Below are positions 53,923 through 64,000 of a stretch of DNA of 64,000 nt, piece by piece (the first letter of the stretch is position 1; every line of letters starts with the position of its first letter). The stretch covers positions 864,001-928,000 of the forward strand of contig OZ245033.1 in assembly GCA_965224025.1 (NCBI GenBank). Direction: 5' to 3'. A program made the translations under genes and the position numbers. The DNA is from Candidatus Multivorans sp. Lineage in GTDB: Bacteria > Acidobacteriota > Thermoanaerobaculia > Multivoradales > Multivoraceae. The notes under the pieces were generated by a model. The model had not been told where the DNA came from, searched no databases, and worked only from the letters and a program-made list of their open reading frames with translations.

Positions 53923-56301
53923 CTAGAACGGGAAGAGCAGCGGCACCATCCAGACGATCACGGTGAGCAGAATCACCGTGAGCGGAGTGCCGACCTTCAG
54001 GTAGTCCATGCTGCGGTAGCCGCCGGCGCCCATGACCAGCAGGTTCGCCTTGTGGCTGAACGGCGTCATGAAGGCCGCGGAGGCCGCGAGCGCCACGCCC
54101 ATCATCAACGGATAGGGAGAAAGGTCGAGGCCGGAAGCCGCCTCGAGCACAACCGGCGTCAGCAACACGACCGCCGGCGCACCGTCCAGGCACTGGCTGA
54201 GCAGGCTTGAGAGAAGGACCAGCGCCGCCAGCACCGCATACGGCCCGGCCGGGCCGGCCAGGTCCATCACGCTGCTCGCCAACAGGGCCGCGGTACCGCT
54301 GCTCTCCATCGCCGACCCCACCGGCAGGATTGCCGCGACCAGGAAGATCGCCCGCCATTCGACCGCGCGGTAGGCCTCCTCCATGGTCAGCGCGCCGCAC
54401 AGCACGATCAGGCTCGCGGAAGCGAAGGCGGCGACCTGAATTGGTGCAGTTCCCGTCACTACCAGCCCCACCATCAAGGCCAGGCATCCGACGGCGAAGG
54501 GCGCCTTGTTGAGCCTGCGCGGCTCCTCCGCGACGTCCGAGAGGACGAGCAGATCGGGCTCCCGGGAAAGGAGAGCCAGCCGTCCCCGGCGGCCCTGCAG
54601 CAGCAATGCGTCGCCGACCCGCAGCGCGAGTTGAGCCAGACCGCTGCGAATGGCCCTTCCCTCGCGCCAGATCGCGAGCACCTGCACGCCGTACCGATCA
54701 CGGAACTCGATCTCCTCGAGATTCCGCCCCGCGAGACCCGATCGGGGCGCCAGCGTGGCCTCGGCCATGCCCACCTCCTCCGACTCGAACGCGGGCGCGG
54801 CAACCCCCGACGTCAACTCGACGCCGCCCATGCGCAGCAGGGCGCGCAGGCGCCGCTCCTTGCCCTTGACGAACAGCCGGTCTCCGGCCTCGAACTCGAG
54901 CTGGGGCCCGGGGCCCCAGAGCACATCGCCAGCCCGTTCGACCGCGACTACCGTGAGTTCCATCAGCCGGCCCATCCACTCGACGCCGGCGCCGCTGGCG
55001 AGAAGAGCCGAGTTCTCGGGTACCCGGATAACGAGCAGGGGTTGATCCTCAAGGCGGTCCAGGGCGGCCGGGCCGCTCTCTTCGATCTCCAGAACGTCGG
55101 AGTCGATCTCCGGCGCGTCGTCGCCGAACAGACCGTAGAGCACGTCTCCTTTCTCGAGCCGAAGCTCGCCGAGCCGGTCGACGCGCACTTCGCCGTCGCG
55201 TTCCACCGCGATCACGAACACGCGCCAACCCTCGCGGAAGCGCGTCGCGGCCAGCGTGCTCCCGGCCAGGGGCGACGCGGCGGCCACCCGCGCCCTGAAC
55301 GCGGTCACGCCCGCGTCCGGGGCGCCGATTTCCCCCGTGGTGGCCGTGCCGAGCGTCGTGGCGGTGCCGAGATCGACGCCCTGGAGCCGCAGCATCTGCT
55401 GCACTTCCTCGGCGTCGCCCTGCACGACCAGCTCGTCCCCGGCCAGCAGCCGCACGTCGTCCTTGGGCGCCAACTGCCAGTCCTCGCCGCGCGCGATGCC
55501 GAGGAGTTGCACTCCCAGGGTGGTTCCCAACCGGGTCTCGCGCAGGGTCGCCCCGTCGAGCTGCGAAGCCGCCGGTATGCGAATCGAGAACAACCCCTCA
55601 TGAAGGCCGTAGAGATCCGCGAGTTCCGATTGACGGCCGGGAGTCGCGGCTCTGCGACCCGGCAGCAGACGGCGACCCGCGGTGAGCATGAAGAGGATGC
55701 CGCCGGCAAGCAGCACCAGGCCGAAGGGCGTGAAGTCGAAGAGTCCGAAGGGCTCGAGTCCGCGGTCCCGCAGCATCGCCGCCGCCAGAATGTTCGGCGG
55801 CGTCCCGACCAGGGTGGCGGTGCCCCCCAGGATGGCCCCGAAGGCCAGCGGCAGGAACAACCGGGACGGCGGAAGGTGCGCGCGCCGACCGAGACTCGCC
55901 ACCGCCGGCATCAGCACCGCGGTCGCCGCGATGTTGTTCATGAACATCGAGAGCACCCCCGCGACCAGCATCACGGCGATCATCAAGGACGTCTCGCGGC
56001 TGCCGACGAAGCGATGGATGGCGCCGCCGACCAGATCCGCGACACCCGTCTGCATCAAGCCCGCGCTGACGATGAAGATCGACAGCATCGTGATCACCGC
56101 CGACGACGCGAAGCCGGTGAAGGCCTGATCGACGGCGACGTAGCCGGTGAAGATCAGCAGGGTCAGACCGAGGAAGGCGGTCAGGTCGATCGGCAGTTTC
56201 TCGGTCAGAAACAGGACGACCATGGCCGCGAGAACGGCAAGCAGGAATGCGATCGCGCCCGGTTCGCCGAACTCGTTGAGGAGCCAAGTCTGGAAAGTCA
56301 T
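53923..56301 (-). CDS. SLC13/CitMHS-family permease with TrkA-C domains
   Basis: 'FMNNIAA..LGGTATLVGTPPN', four RCK_C-like repeats, and 'FMTPFSHKANLLV'. Confidence 0.9.
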   Translation of the reverse strand: MTFQTWLLNEFGEPGAIAFLLAVLAAMVVLFLTEKLPIDLTAFLGLTLLIFTGYVAVDQAFTGFASSAVITMLSIFIVSAGLMQTGVADLVGGAIHRFVGSRETSLMIAVMLVAGVLSMFMNNIAATAVLMPAVASLGRRAHLPPSRLFLPLAFGAILGGTATLVGTPPNILAAAMLRDRGLEPFGLFDFTPFGLVLLAGGILFMLTAGRRLLPGRRAATPGRQSELADLYGLHEGLFSIRIPAASQLDGATLRETRLGTTLGVQLLGIARGEDWQLAPKDDVRLLAGDELVVQGDAEEVQQMLRLQGVDLGTATTLGTATTGEIGAPDAGVTAFRARVAAASPLAGSTLAATRFREGWRVFVIAVERDGEVRVDRLGELRLEKGDVLYGLFGDDAPEIDSDVLEIEESGPAALDRLEDQPLLVIRVPENSALLASGAGVEWMGRLMELTVVAVERAGDVLWGPGPQLEFEAGDRLFVKGKERRLRALLRMGGVELTSGVAAPAFESEEVGMAEATLAPRSGLAGRNLEEIEFRDRYGVQVLAIWREGRAIRSGLAQLALRVGDALLLQGRRGRLALLSREPDLLVLSDVAEEPRRLNKAPFAVGCLALMVGLVVTGTAPIQVAAFASASLIVLCGALTMEEAYRAVEWRAIFLVAAILPVGSAMESSGTAALLASSVMDLAGPAGPYAVLAALVLLSSLLSQCLDGAPAVVLLTPVVLEAASGLDLSPYPLMMGVALAASAAFMTPFSHKANLLVMGAGGYRSMDYLKVGTPLTVILLTVIVWMVPLLFPF

Positions 56302-56355
56302 CGGGGTTCAGATGGCCAGGAAACGCCGCGGAGCGCGCCAGACCGGCCGGGCGGT

Positions 56356-57135
56356 TCAGGCCGGAGGCTCGAACCGCCCGTCGATCGCGGTCCAGCCGCC
56401 GTCGACGAAAAGCACGGCGCCGGTCATGTAGCTCGCGGCGTCCGAGACCAGAAAGGCAGCCGCGTTGCCGATCTCGTCCGGCCGGCCCCAGCGGCCCAGC
56501 GCCGTCTTCTCGGCGTAGGCGCGGTTCCAGCCCTCGTTCTGCTGAATCGGCCTGGTCAACGGCGTGTCGATAACGCCCGGCGCCAGCGCGTTCACCCGCA
56601 CCCCACTGGCGCCGAGTTCAGCCGCGGCGGTGCGCGCAAGCTGGACGATCCCGGCCTTGGTCGCCGCGTAGACGCCCTGTCCCGGCTCGACGACCTGGGA
56701 ACGGATCGACGACAGCAACACGATACTGCCGCCGGCGGCCGACAGCAGGCCCCCGGCGACCTGCAACACGCACATCGCGCCGCCGAGGTTGAGCGTCACG
56801 ACACGGTCGAACTCATCGAGCTGGTAGTCGAGCAGGCGCTTGCGGACATTGACTCCGGGCGTCGCCACCACGCCCCGCAGATTGCTCAGAGCCTCGAGCG
56901 CCGACGCCATCGCCACGGGATCGAGGATGTCGAGCTCGGCCGCTTCGGCCTGACCGCCGGCCGAGACGATCCGGTCCGCCGTCGCCTGCGCGGCCAGCAG
57001 GTTCACGTCGAAGCAGGCGACCAGCGCCCCCTGGCGGCCGCATGCCTCGGCCGCGCCTTCGCCGATCCCCGAGCCGGCGCCGATCACGGCGACGGTGCCG
57101 CCGTCGAGACGAAACGGGTTCTTTGACACGGTCAT
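56356..57135 (-). CDS. SDR-family oxidoreductase
   Basis: GAGSGIG, YAATK, 'VNALAPG'. Confidence 0.92.
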   Translation of the reverse strand: MTVSKNPFRLDGGTVAVIGAGSGIGEGAAEACGRQGALVACFDVNLLAAQATADRIVSAGGQAEAAELDILDPVAMASALEALSNLRGVVATPGVNVRKRLLDYQLDEFDRVVTLNLGGAMCVLQVAGGLLSAAGGSIVLLSSIRSQVVEPGQGVYAATKAGIVQLARTAAAELGASGVRVNALAPGVIDTPLTRPIQQNEGWNRAYAEKTALGRWGRPDEIGNAAAFLVSDAASYMTGAVLFVDGGWTAIDGRFEPPA

Positions 57136-57139
57136 CGCC

Positions 57140-58246
57140 TCACGGCAGGTCGCGGACGGCGAGGATGCCCGGAAGCGACTCGGCATGCCGCACGCTGTTG
57201 AGCACCGCGTCGGCCAGCACCTCGGCCGCGAGGGCGCCGATCCGGCTGACGTCGGCCGGCCCTTCGAGGACGCCGGTGGCGATCGCGAATACGGTGTCGC
57301 CATCGCCCGGCGTGTGGGACGGAACGATCGAGCGGGCAAGACCGTCGTGGGCCATCTGCGCCACCCGGGTCGCCTCGGCCTGGTTCAGGGCGGCGTTGGT
57401 CGCGACCACGGCGATCGTCGTGTTCTCGCGGTTGGCGGCCTCTTGTCGACTGGCGCGGCGGTCGCGGCCGAGGCCGCCGCGGAGCAGCTTGCGGGCGTCG
57501 AGCAGTTCGTTGTTCGGGCCGCGCACGCCCGCGACGACCTGACCGGTAGCCGGATCGATCACGTCGCCCACCGCGTTGACCGCGACCAGCGCCCCGACCA
57601 CCAGACCCGCCGAGGGGCCCTTCTCGAGCCGGTGCGACGCACTGCCCAGGCCGCCCTTCATCCTCGATCCGCGGCCTCCCATCTTCCCCACCGTGGCGCC
57701 GGCGCCGGCGCCCACGTTGCCCTGGGCCACCGGGCCGGTCGTCGCCGCCGCCGAGGCTCGATAGCCGCATTCGGCGTCGGGACGGGGCTTGCTGCTGCCA
57801 CCCATGCCGAGGTCCATCAACGAAGCGCCGACCACGATCGGCACCACTCCGGCGCCGACCCGGTAGCCGACATCCTGCTCTTCGAGGTAACGCATCACGC
57901 CGCCCGCCGCATCGAGACCGTAGGCGCTGCCGCCGGTCAGGACCACGGCGTGGAGTTCCTGGATCATGTTGTGAGGCTGCAAGAGAGCCGTCTCGCGGGT
58001 CGCCGGAGCGCCGCCCCGGACGTCGACGCCGCCGACCGCGCCGCCGAGGGCCAGCACCACCGTGCAGCCGGTCGGCCGCTCCTCGTAGGTGATCTGACCT
58101 ACCCGAATGCCTTCGACCGCGGTCAGGCCGGGATCGTCCGCGGCGGCCTCAGCCAAGCCTGGACCTCCGGCCACGAGCGCAAGCAGCCCGAGTCCCGGCC
58201 ACGCCGACAGCCATCCCGGTTGCGTCAAGGCTAAGATTCTCGCCAT
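57140..58246 (-). CDS. P1-family (DmpA-like) peptidase
   Basis: 'VDVRGGAPATRET..GGSAYGL..ENTTI..DGDTVF'. Confidence 0.9.
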   Translation of the reverse strand: MARILALTQPGWLSAWPGLGLLALVAGGPGLAEAAADDPGLTAVEGIRVGQITYEERPTGCTVVLALGGAVGGVDVRGGAPATRETALLQPHNMIQELHAVVLTGGSAYGLDAAGGVMRYLEEQDVGYRVGAGVVPIVVGASLMDLGMGGSSKPRPDAECGYRASAAATTGPVAQGNVGAGAGATVGKMGGRGSRMKGGLGSASHRLEKGPSAGLVVGALVAVNAVGDVIDPATGQVVAGVRGPNNELLDARKLLRGGLGRDRRASRQEAANRENTTIAVVATNAALNQAEATRVAQMAHDGLARSIVPSHTPGDGDTVFAIATGVLEGPADVSRIGALAAEVLADAVLNSVRHAESLPGILAVRDLP

Positions 58247-58410
58247 AGAACATCTCTCCTGCCATCAGCGGCGGCGCCTGCCCGGCCGCCAACAGCGTCG
58301 GTGACGGCCCTCGTCGGCCGCCGGCCCGCCGACCGGCACAAGCGGCGGGAACATTGTGACAAGAGTCCATCCCCCCCGCAAACGCGCAACCGCCGGGAAC
58401 CTCACTCCCC

Positions 58411-59727
58411 ATGACGTCAGACGCTAGCGGACTCGACCGGCTGCGCGCGCATGTCGTGGACCGCGTCCTCTCCGAGGCGGCCGTCTGCGGCGAGGAAGCA
58501 GCGCACTTCGCGGCCGAGCTGATCCGCGTGCCGACGGTCAACCCGCCCGGCGACGCGTACCGTGAGTGCGCCGAGTTGCTCGGGGTCCGGCTTGAGGCGG
58601 ACGGCTTCGAGACCGAGTACGTCGAGGGGCCCGGCGCCGATCCGAAGCGCCCGAAAGTCAACGTGCTCGCCCGGCGCCGGGGACGTGAGTCGCGGCCGTC
58701 GCTGCACCTCAACGGCCACATCGATGTCGTGCCGCCGGGCGAGGGCTGGACGGTCGACCCCTTCGGCGGCGAGATCAAGGGCGGCTGGCTCCACGGCCGC
58801 GGCTCGGCCGACATGAAGGCCGGCCTCGCCGCCGCGGTGTTCGCCGCCGAAGCGGTTCGGCGCGCCGGCGTCGGTCTGCGCGGAGCTCTCGAGATCAGCG
58901 GCACGGTCGACGAAGAGAGCGGCGGTCTGGCCGGGGTCGCCCACCTGGCCCGGATCGGCCGCGTTACGAGCCGAACGACGGACTACGTAATCATCCCCGA
59001 GCCCTTCGGCCCGACGCGGATCTGCATCGGTCACCGTGGCGTGCTCTGGTTCCGGATCCTGGCGCGCGGCCGCATCGCCCACGGTTCCATGCCCTTTCTC
59101 GGCGTCTCGGCAATCGACGCGGCGGCCGAGGCGGCGCTCGGGCTTCGGGAGGCGCTCGGCGATCTCGTCACCGAACTGCCCGTGGTTCCGGAGGGCGCCC
59201 GCCGGCCGACCCTGAACGTGAACTCGATCGCGGGCGGTCAGGTCATCGAGGGGCTGAATGCGTCCGCCGCGCTGGACGGCCATGGCCAGGGGCTGCCTTC
59301 ACCCTGCGTCGCGGACCAGTGCGAACTCGTCGTCGACCGCCGCTACCTGCTCGAGGAGGGCGCCGACGCGGTGCGCGCCGAGGTCCAGGGGGTGCTCTCG
59401 GCGGTAGAGACCCGCCGGCCCGGCGTTCGATTCGAGGTCGAGGAGGTGCTCAGCGTCGAGCCGACGCATACGCCCGGCGACTGCCGGCTGGTCGAGTCGC
59501 TGAGCCGGGGCATCGAGACGGCGACCGGGAAGTCCGCCGACCTCGTGGCGAGCCCCGGCACGTACGATCACAAGCACTTTCAGCGCATCGGAGGGATCGG
59601 GCAGTGCGTCGCCTACGGACCGGGCGAACTGGAAGAGGCCCATCAGCCCGACGAACGCTGCTCGCTCGCGGACATCACCGGGACCACGCAGGTTCTGGCG
59701 CTCACGATCGTCGATCTATTGAGCTAG
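58411..59727 (+). CDS. M20 ArgE/DapE-family deacylase
   Basis: 'NGHIDVV..GRGSADMK..DEESGG..AHQPDE'. Confidence 0.9.
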   Translation: MTSDASGLDRLRAHVVDRVLSEAAVCGEEAAHFAAELIRVPTVNPPGDAYRECAELLGVRLEADGFETEYVEGPGADPKRPKVNVLARRRGRESRPSLHLNGHIDVVPPGEGWTVDPFGGEIKGGWLHGRGSADMKAGLAAAVFAAEAVRRAGVGLRGALEISGTVDEESGGLAGVAHLARIGRVTSRTTDYVIIPEPFGPTRICIGHRGVLWFRILARGRIAHGSMPFLGVSAIDAAAEAALGLREALGDLVTELPVVPEGARRPTLNVNSIAGGQVIEGLNASAALDGHGQGLPSPCVADQCELVVDRRYLLEEGADAVRAEVQGVLSAVETRRPGVRFEVEEVLSVEPTHTPGDCRLVESLSRGIETATGKSADLVASPGTYDHKHFQRIGGIGQCVAYGPGELEEAHQPDERCSLADITGTTQVLALTIVDLLS

Positions 59728-59816
59728 GGTTGACCGTCACGCCGCCGCGACGGCGAGCGTCCGAAGAGCGAACCACACAGCCGGCCCCAGAGACGGGCCG
59801 CCGAGGAACTGCAACC

Positions 59817-61199
59817 ATGACCGTGGCACTTGACGTCGCGACCCCGACAGGATCCCTGTCCCTGGAACTGCCGCCGTGCAGCCACCGGCCGAAGCCGTAC
59901 ACGGGCGCCACCCGCGAGGAAATCCTCGCCCTGCGCCGGCAGCACGTGAACCCGGCCCTCTTCACCCTGTACAGCGAACCCGTGATGCTGGTCGAAGGCC
60001 GGCGCCAGTACGTCTGGGACGACAGCGGCCGGCGCTACCTCGACCTGTTCGCCGGCATCTGCACCGTCGCCTGCGGCCACTCGCACCCCAGGATCGTCGC
60101 GGCGGTCCAGGAGCAGATGGCGCTCCTTGCCCACAGCTCGACAGCCTTCCTGCATCCGAACATGCCGCGCTTCGCCGAAGCGCTGCTGGCCAAGCTGCCG
60201 CCCGAGCTCGACCGGGTCTACTTCGTGAACAGCGGCAGCGAGGCGAACGACCTGGCCGTCCAGATGGCGCGGCTGTACACCGGCCACTCCGACATCGTCG
60301 GCGTCCGCAACGCCTACCACGGCGGCGGCGCCCCGACCGGCGCCCTGACCGCGATCCACACGTGGAAGTCCTGGGCCCAGCGCGGCGGTCCCGTCCACCA
60401 CGCGATCAACCCCGATCCCTACCGCAACCCGTTCTCCGGCACCCCGGAGCAGATCGCCAGCCAGTGCGCCGAGGATGTCGCGGAACTGATCCGCTACTCC
60501 ACCCCGGGGCAGATCGCCGCCTTCATCTCCGAACCCATCCAGGGCGCCGGCGGCGTCACGATGGGAGCGCCGAACTACCTGGCCGAGGTCTACGGCATCG
60601 TTCGCGCCAGGGGCGGCGTCTGCATCGCCGACGAGGTCCAGACCGGCTTCACCCGCACCGGCGACCACTACTGGGGCTTCGAGCGCTCCGGCGTTCTTCC
60701 CGACATCGCGACGATGGCCAAGGGCATCGGCAACGGCCTGCCTTTAGCCGCCGTCGTGACGACATCGGAGATCGCCGCCACGCTGGCGCAGAACCTCCAC
60801 ATCAACACCTTCGGCGGCAACCCGCTCGTCTCGGCGGCCGGCCTCGCCGTCCTCGAGGTGATCGAGGAGGAGGGCCTCCAGCAGAACGCGCGGATCCTCG
60901 GAAACCGGCTGATCGCCGGTCTGCGAGCCCTGGCCGAGCACCACGAAGCGGTGGGCGACATCCGCGGCCAGGGCCTGATGATCGGCGTCGAACTGGTCGA
61001 GGACCGGCGGTCGAAGACCCCCGCCACCGCCTTCACCGGCCGCGTGCTCGACGAGCTGAAGGGCCTCGGCGCCCTGGCCGGGAAGGGCGGACTGTCCGGC
61101 AACGTGCTCCGGATCAAGCCGCCGCTCTGCCTGACGGACGCCGACGTCGACTTCGCGCTGGCGGCGATGGACGAGGCGCTGACGCGGGCGGCGAGGTAG
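59817..61199 (+). CDS. Class III aminotransferase (AGXT2-like)
   Basis: 'NSGSEAND..AYHG..DEVQTGF..MAKGIGNG..NTFGGNP'. ATG 59817. Confidence 0.9.
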   Translation: MTVALDVATPTGSLSLELPPCSHRPKPYTGATREEILALRRQHVNPALFTLYSEPVMLVEGRRQYVWDDSGRRYLDLFAGICTVACGHSHPRIVAAVQEQMALLAHSSTAFLHPNMPRFAEALLAKLPPELDRVYFVNSGSEANDLAVQMARLYTGHSDIVGVRNAYHGGGAPTGALTAIHTWKSWAQRGGPVHHAINPDPYRNPFSGTPEQIASQCAEDVAELIRYSTPGQIAAFISEPIQGAGGVTMGAPNYLAEVYGIVRARGGVCIADEVQTGFTRTGDHYWGFERSGVLPDIATMAKGIGNGLPLAAVVTTSEIAATLAQNLHINTFGGNPLVSAAGLAVLEVIEEEGLQQNARILGNRLIAGLRALAEHHEAVGDIRGQGLMIGVELVEDRRSKTPATAFTGRVLDELKGLGALAGKGGLSGNVLRIKPPLCLTDADVDFALAAMDEALTRAAR

Positions 61200-61206
61200 G
61201 GGCGGA

Positions 61207-61287
61207 GGTCGCCGCTTCGCGGCGCGCTACTTCTCCGCGGGTCAGAAGACCCGCGGCTACAAGACCCGCGTCACATGCGGGGCCTAC
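61207..61287. repeat. Composite REP-like palindrome cluster (GTAG-foot type)
   Basis: Near-identical to 13864-13916, plus a further degenerate hairpin. Lies between convergent genes. Confidence 0.8.
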
Positions 61288-62459
61288 AGGCCGACCACCG
61301 AGACGAAGCTGACGCAGCGGCCCGGCGCACCGCCGAGGTTGTGGGTCAGGCCGAGCTTGGGATCGGCGATCTGACGCTCGCCGGCCTCGCCGCGGAGCTG
61401 CAGCCACATCTCGTACATCATCCGCAGGCCGGAGGCGCCGATCGGATGGCCGAAGCTCTTCAGGCCACCGTCCGGATTGACCGGCTGGTCGCCGTCGAGA
61501 TCGAAGCGGCCGTCCATCGTGTCCTTCCAGGCCTGGCCGCGCGGCGAGAACCCGAGGTCCTCCATCAGCACCAGCTCGGTCGGCGTGAAGCAGTCGTGGA
61601 CCTCCGCCATGCTGATCTGATCGCGCGCATCCTGGATGCCGGCCTGCTCGTAGGCGTCCCTGGCGCTCTCGACGACTTCGGGGAAGGTGGTGAAGTCGTA
61701 GTCCTGCCGCTTGGCGCCCTCGGCCGGGCCGGCCACGAACGACAGCGCCTTGATGAAGATCGGGTTGTCGTTGTACTTGTGGGCATCCTCGGCGCGGCAG
61801 ATCACCGCCGCCGCGGCGCCGTCGGAGACACCCGAGCAGTCCATGATGCCGAGCATGCCGGCGATCTTGGGCGAGGAGTTGATCTTCTCGACCGGCACTT
61901 CCCGCTGGTACTGCGCCTTCTCGTTGCGGGCGCCGTTGTAGTGGTTCTTGTAGGCGATGCGGGTGAGCACGTCGCGCATCGTCTCCAGGTCGACGCCGTA
62001 CTTCTCGGCGTACGCGGGCGCCAGGAGCGAGAAGTTCGCCGGCGCCGTCATGCCGGACTCGGTGCCGTCGCCCGGAGGGGCGCTGCCCGTCAGACCGGAG
62101 AACCCGGAGTCCTTCAGCTTCTCGACGCCGACCGCCATGACCAGGTCGTAGGCGCCGGAAGCGACGGCGTAGGCCGCGTTGCGCATCGCCTCGCTGCCGG
62201 TGGCGCACATGTTCTCGAGCCGGGTCACCGGCTTGTACTGGATCTTGAGCGGCTCCGAGAGGGTCAGGCCGGAGATGCCGCTGCCAGTGGTGCCGAGCCA
62301 GTAGGCGTCGACGTTGTCCGGCTCGATTCCGGCGGAGCCGTAGGCATCCTGCACGGCATCGACCAGCAGATCGCTGGCGCCGCGGTTCCAGTGTTCGCCG
62401 AACTTGGTGCAGCCCATGCCGACGATGGCTACGCGATCACAGATTCCCTTGCTGGCCAT
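61284..62459 (-). CDS. SCP-x/PhlC-type thiolase (acetyl-CoA acetyltransferase)
   Basis: 'NMCATGSEA', 'EVHDCF', 'GHPIGASG'. Confidence 0.9.
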   Translation of the reverse strand: MASKGICDRVAIVGMGCTKFGEHWNRGASDLLVDAVQDAYGSAGIEPDNVDAYWLGTTGSGISGLTLSEPLKIQYKPVTRLENMCATGSEAMRNAAYAVASGAYDLVMAVGVEKLKDSGFSGLTGSAPPGDGTESGMTAPANFSLLAPAYAEKYGVDLETMRDVLTRIAYKNHYNGARNEKAQYQREVPVEKINSSPKIAGMLGIMDCSGVSDGAAAAVICRAEDAHKYNDNPIFIKALSFVAGPAEGAKRQDYDFTTFPEVVESARDAYEQAGIQDARDQISMAEVHDCFTPTELVLMEDLGFSPRGQAWKDTMDGRFDLDGDQPVNPDGGLKSFGHPIGASGLRMMYEMWLQLRGEAGERQIADPKLGLTHNLGGAPGRCVSFVSVVGL

Positions 62460-62525
62460 TGGTGCTCCTTGGTCGTTCTTCGGACGGGTCCCCGTCCGTA
62501 TCGAGCGTTCGTCCGTATCGAGTGT

Positions 62526-63917
62526 TCAGCGCCTCGGACGCGCCTTCCAGAAGTAGTTGTGTACGCCCCCGGCAGTGTACAGGCGGCGGAATGTCATTTC
62601 CAACTCGTCACCGATCGCGACCTTGTCCGGGTCGACATCGGTGAGCTGGCAGAGCATCCTGCCGCCCTTGTCGAAGTCGACCACCGCGCCGACCACGGGC
62701 GGCTGCAGGGAGTAGGCGAGCCGGTCCAGAGTGTAGGTGCTGATCCGGCACTCGCCGTCGGCGTAGGGCTCGATCGTCGAATCGTCGGACGCCTGGCAGA
62801 CGACGCATACGCGCTGCGGCGGCAGGTTCGTGTTGCCGCAGCGATTGCAGCGGGAGCCCAGGAAACCGAACTTCCAGCGCTCGGCGCGCTGCATCGGCGG
62901 CGCCGCCGGCCGATCGGGGTCGGGGCGCCGCGGCGGTTCGAAGGGCAGCACGTCGCGCCACTTGAGGTACGTCGTGTAGGCGAGATCGTCGCGCTTGGAC
63001 CCGACCCAGGAAGCCACGCTGTGCTTGGGACGGCCGTCGTCTACCTGGTCGGTGACCTCGAACACGGCCACGTCGACGCCGTCGGCAACGCAGGCCACCG
63101 CGATCTTGTCGCCGGCCGACGCACCGTCCAGCGCGCTCGCCAGAACCAGACCGGCGTTGGCGGCGCCCGCGCGGCCCACCGTGCCCGCCATGCCGTCGGC
63201 GAGCTGCGCCGGAGCGAGTCCGGAGGGGCGCATGAAACCGCGGAAGACGCGGGCGTTCGTGCCGTCGAGCACGACCTTGGAGAGATCGGAGGCCGCCAAT
63301 CCGGCGTCGGCCAGGGCGCTGGCGAACGTGTCGACCAGCAGGGGCGTGAAGATGCTCGCGCCGAAGCGCTCCTCCCACTGCTTGGCGAAGGGCATGCCGG
63401 GGCTCCGCCAGACGTCGAGCACCTCTTCGGTGCAGGAAGCCCGGCCGATCAGACGGGCAATCGGCTCTCCGCCGCCGAGGACGAAGGCCGCCGCCGCGTC
63501 GCCGCCGCCCGACTCGCGCGGACCGCTCGGGGCGCCGACGACCACGTCGCTGGCGGCCACCAGGACGGTGCGCCCGGCCGCCGCCATGTCCAGGCCCGCC
63601 AGAAGGGCCGACAGCCCGGCGCGGCTCGAACCGCCGAAGTCGAGCGCCGTGACCGCCTTGGGCAGGTTGGTCGCGGCCTGCAGCGTCGCCGCGTTCAGCT
63701 TCTCGCTGTACGGGGCGCTGGTCGAGGCGAACACCACGGTGTCCACGGCGGCCCCGTCGGGCAACTCGCGCAGCGCCTCGCGCGAAGCCTCGACCGCCAT
63801 CGAGGCCGAGTCTTCGTCGTAGCTCGCGGCGGCGCGCTCGCCGCGGCCTCCGCCCATGGCCGACCGCTGGATGCGAGAGAACGGTACATAGCTGCCGTAA
63901 CGAAGGATTCCGGACAT
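62526..63917 (-). CDS. HMG-CoA-synthase-like domain fused to DUF35 (Zn ribbon + OB fold)
   Basis: 'ASYDEDSASMAVEA..GGDAAAA', with C-terminal CNRC..CVVC and OB fold. Confidence 0.85.
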   Translation of the reverse strand: MSGILRYGSYVPFSRIQRSAMGGGRGERAAASYDEDSASMAVEASREALRELPDGAAVDTVVFASTSAPYSEKLNAATLQAATNLPKAVTALDFGGSSRAGLSALLAGLDMAAAGRTVLVAASDVVVGAPSGPRESGGGDAAAAFVLGGGEPIARLIGRASCTEEVLDVWRSPGMPFAKQWEERFGASIFTPLLVDTFASALADAGLAASDLSKVVLDGTNARVFRGFMRPSGLAPAQLADGMAGTVGRAGAANAGLVLASALDGASAGDKIAVACVADGVDVAVFEVTDQVDDGRPKHSVASWVGSKRDDLAYTTYLKWRDVLPFEPPRRPDPDRPAAPPMQRAERWKFGFLGSRCNRCGNTNLPPQRVCVVCQASDDSTIEPYADGECRISTYTLDRLAYSLQPPVVGAVVDFDKGGRMLCQLTDVDPDKVAIGDELEMTFRRLYTAGGVHNYFWKARPRR

Positions 63918-64000
63918 GGAAGCGGGTCTCCTGGTCTATGAGAACGTTGTCTGCCGACCGGTCGGTAGGTGGAAGGGATGCAGTCTAGCAGCGATCGGGA

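Noticed and set aside
54631-63941. Very long antisense ORFs (e.g. 54631-57126, 61275-63941; also 32448-34391, 50926-52818)
   Set aside because: Shadow frames of well-supported genes on the opposite strand, caused by GC3 bias
1-64000. tRNA, rRNA, tmRNA or known riboswitch
   Set aside because: No recognisable cloverleaf, T-loop/CCA or riboswitch core was seen by eye. A tRNAscan or Rfam run would be decisive

Overview
GC-rich bacterial chromosomal segment, most likely from an Acidobacterium. This is inferred from a GWxTD/VWA protein, an Oar-type TonB receptor and a PSD1/DUF1501 pair. Housekeeping blocks are argCJBDHR, xseAB, cysM-mec-cysO/moeZ, moaDE, ygfZ, transporters, peptidases and a thiolase/HMGCS-DUF35 pair. 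Three accessory zones lie between them. (1) About 12.6-20.8 kb is a graveyard of deleted gene fragments and toxin-antitoxin remnants that ends in an IS3-family element. (2) At 23.4-27.8 kb, a putative ABC-ATPase + TOPRIM-like defence pair is split by a 2.6-kb IS1595-family element with perfect 23-bp TIRs and an 8-bp target duplication. (3) At 44.7-50.6 kb there is a second 2.7-kb IS1595-family element plus lower-GC secreted-protein genes. The most notable signal is that both IS1595 elements share one layout: transposase, then an ATGA-coupled beta-class DNA methyltransferase fused to a nuclease (HNH in one, Mrr-like in the other), then a small related ORF abutting the right TIR. They look like miniature transposons with interchangeable restriction-modification cargo, and the Mrr domain is frameshifted at a G8 tract. 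A covarying GAACC double-hairpin repeat that nests inside REP-like palindromes is a second candidate novelty. No tRNA, rRNA or CRISPR array was seen.
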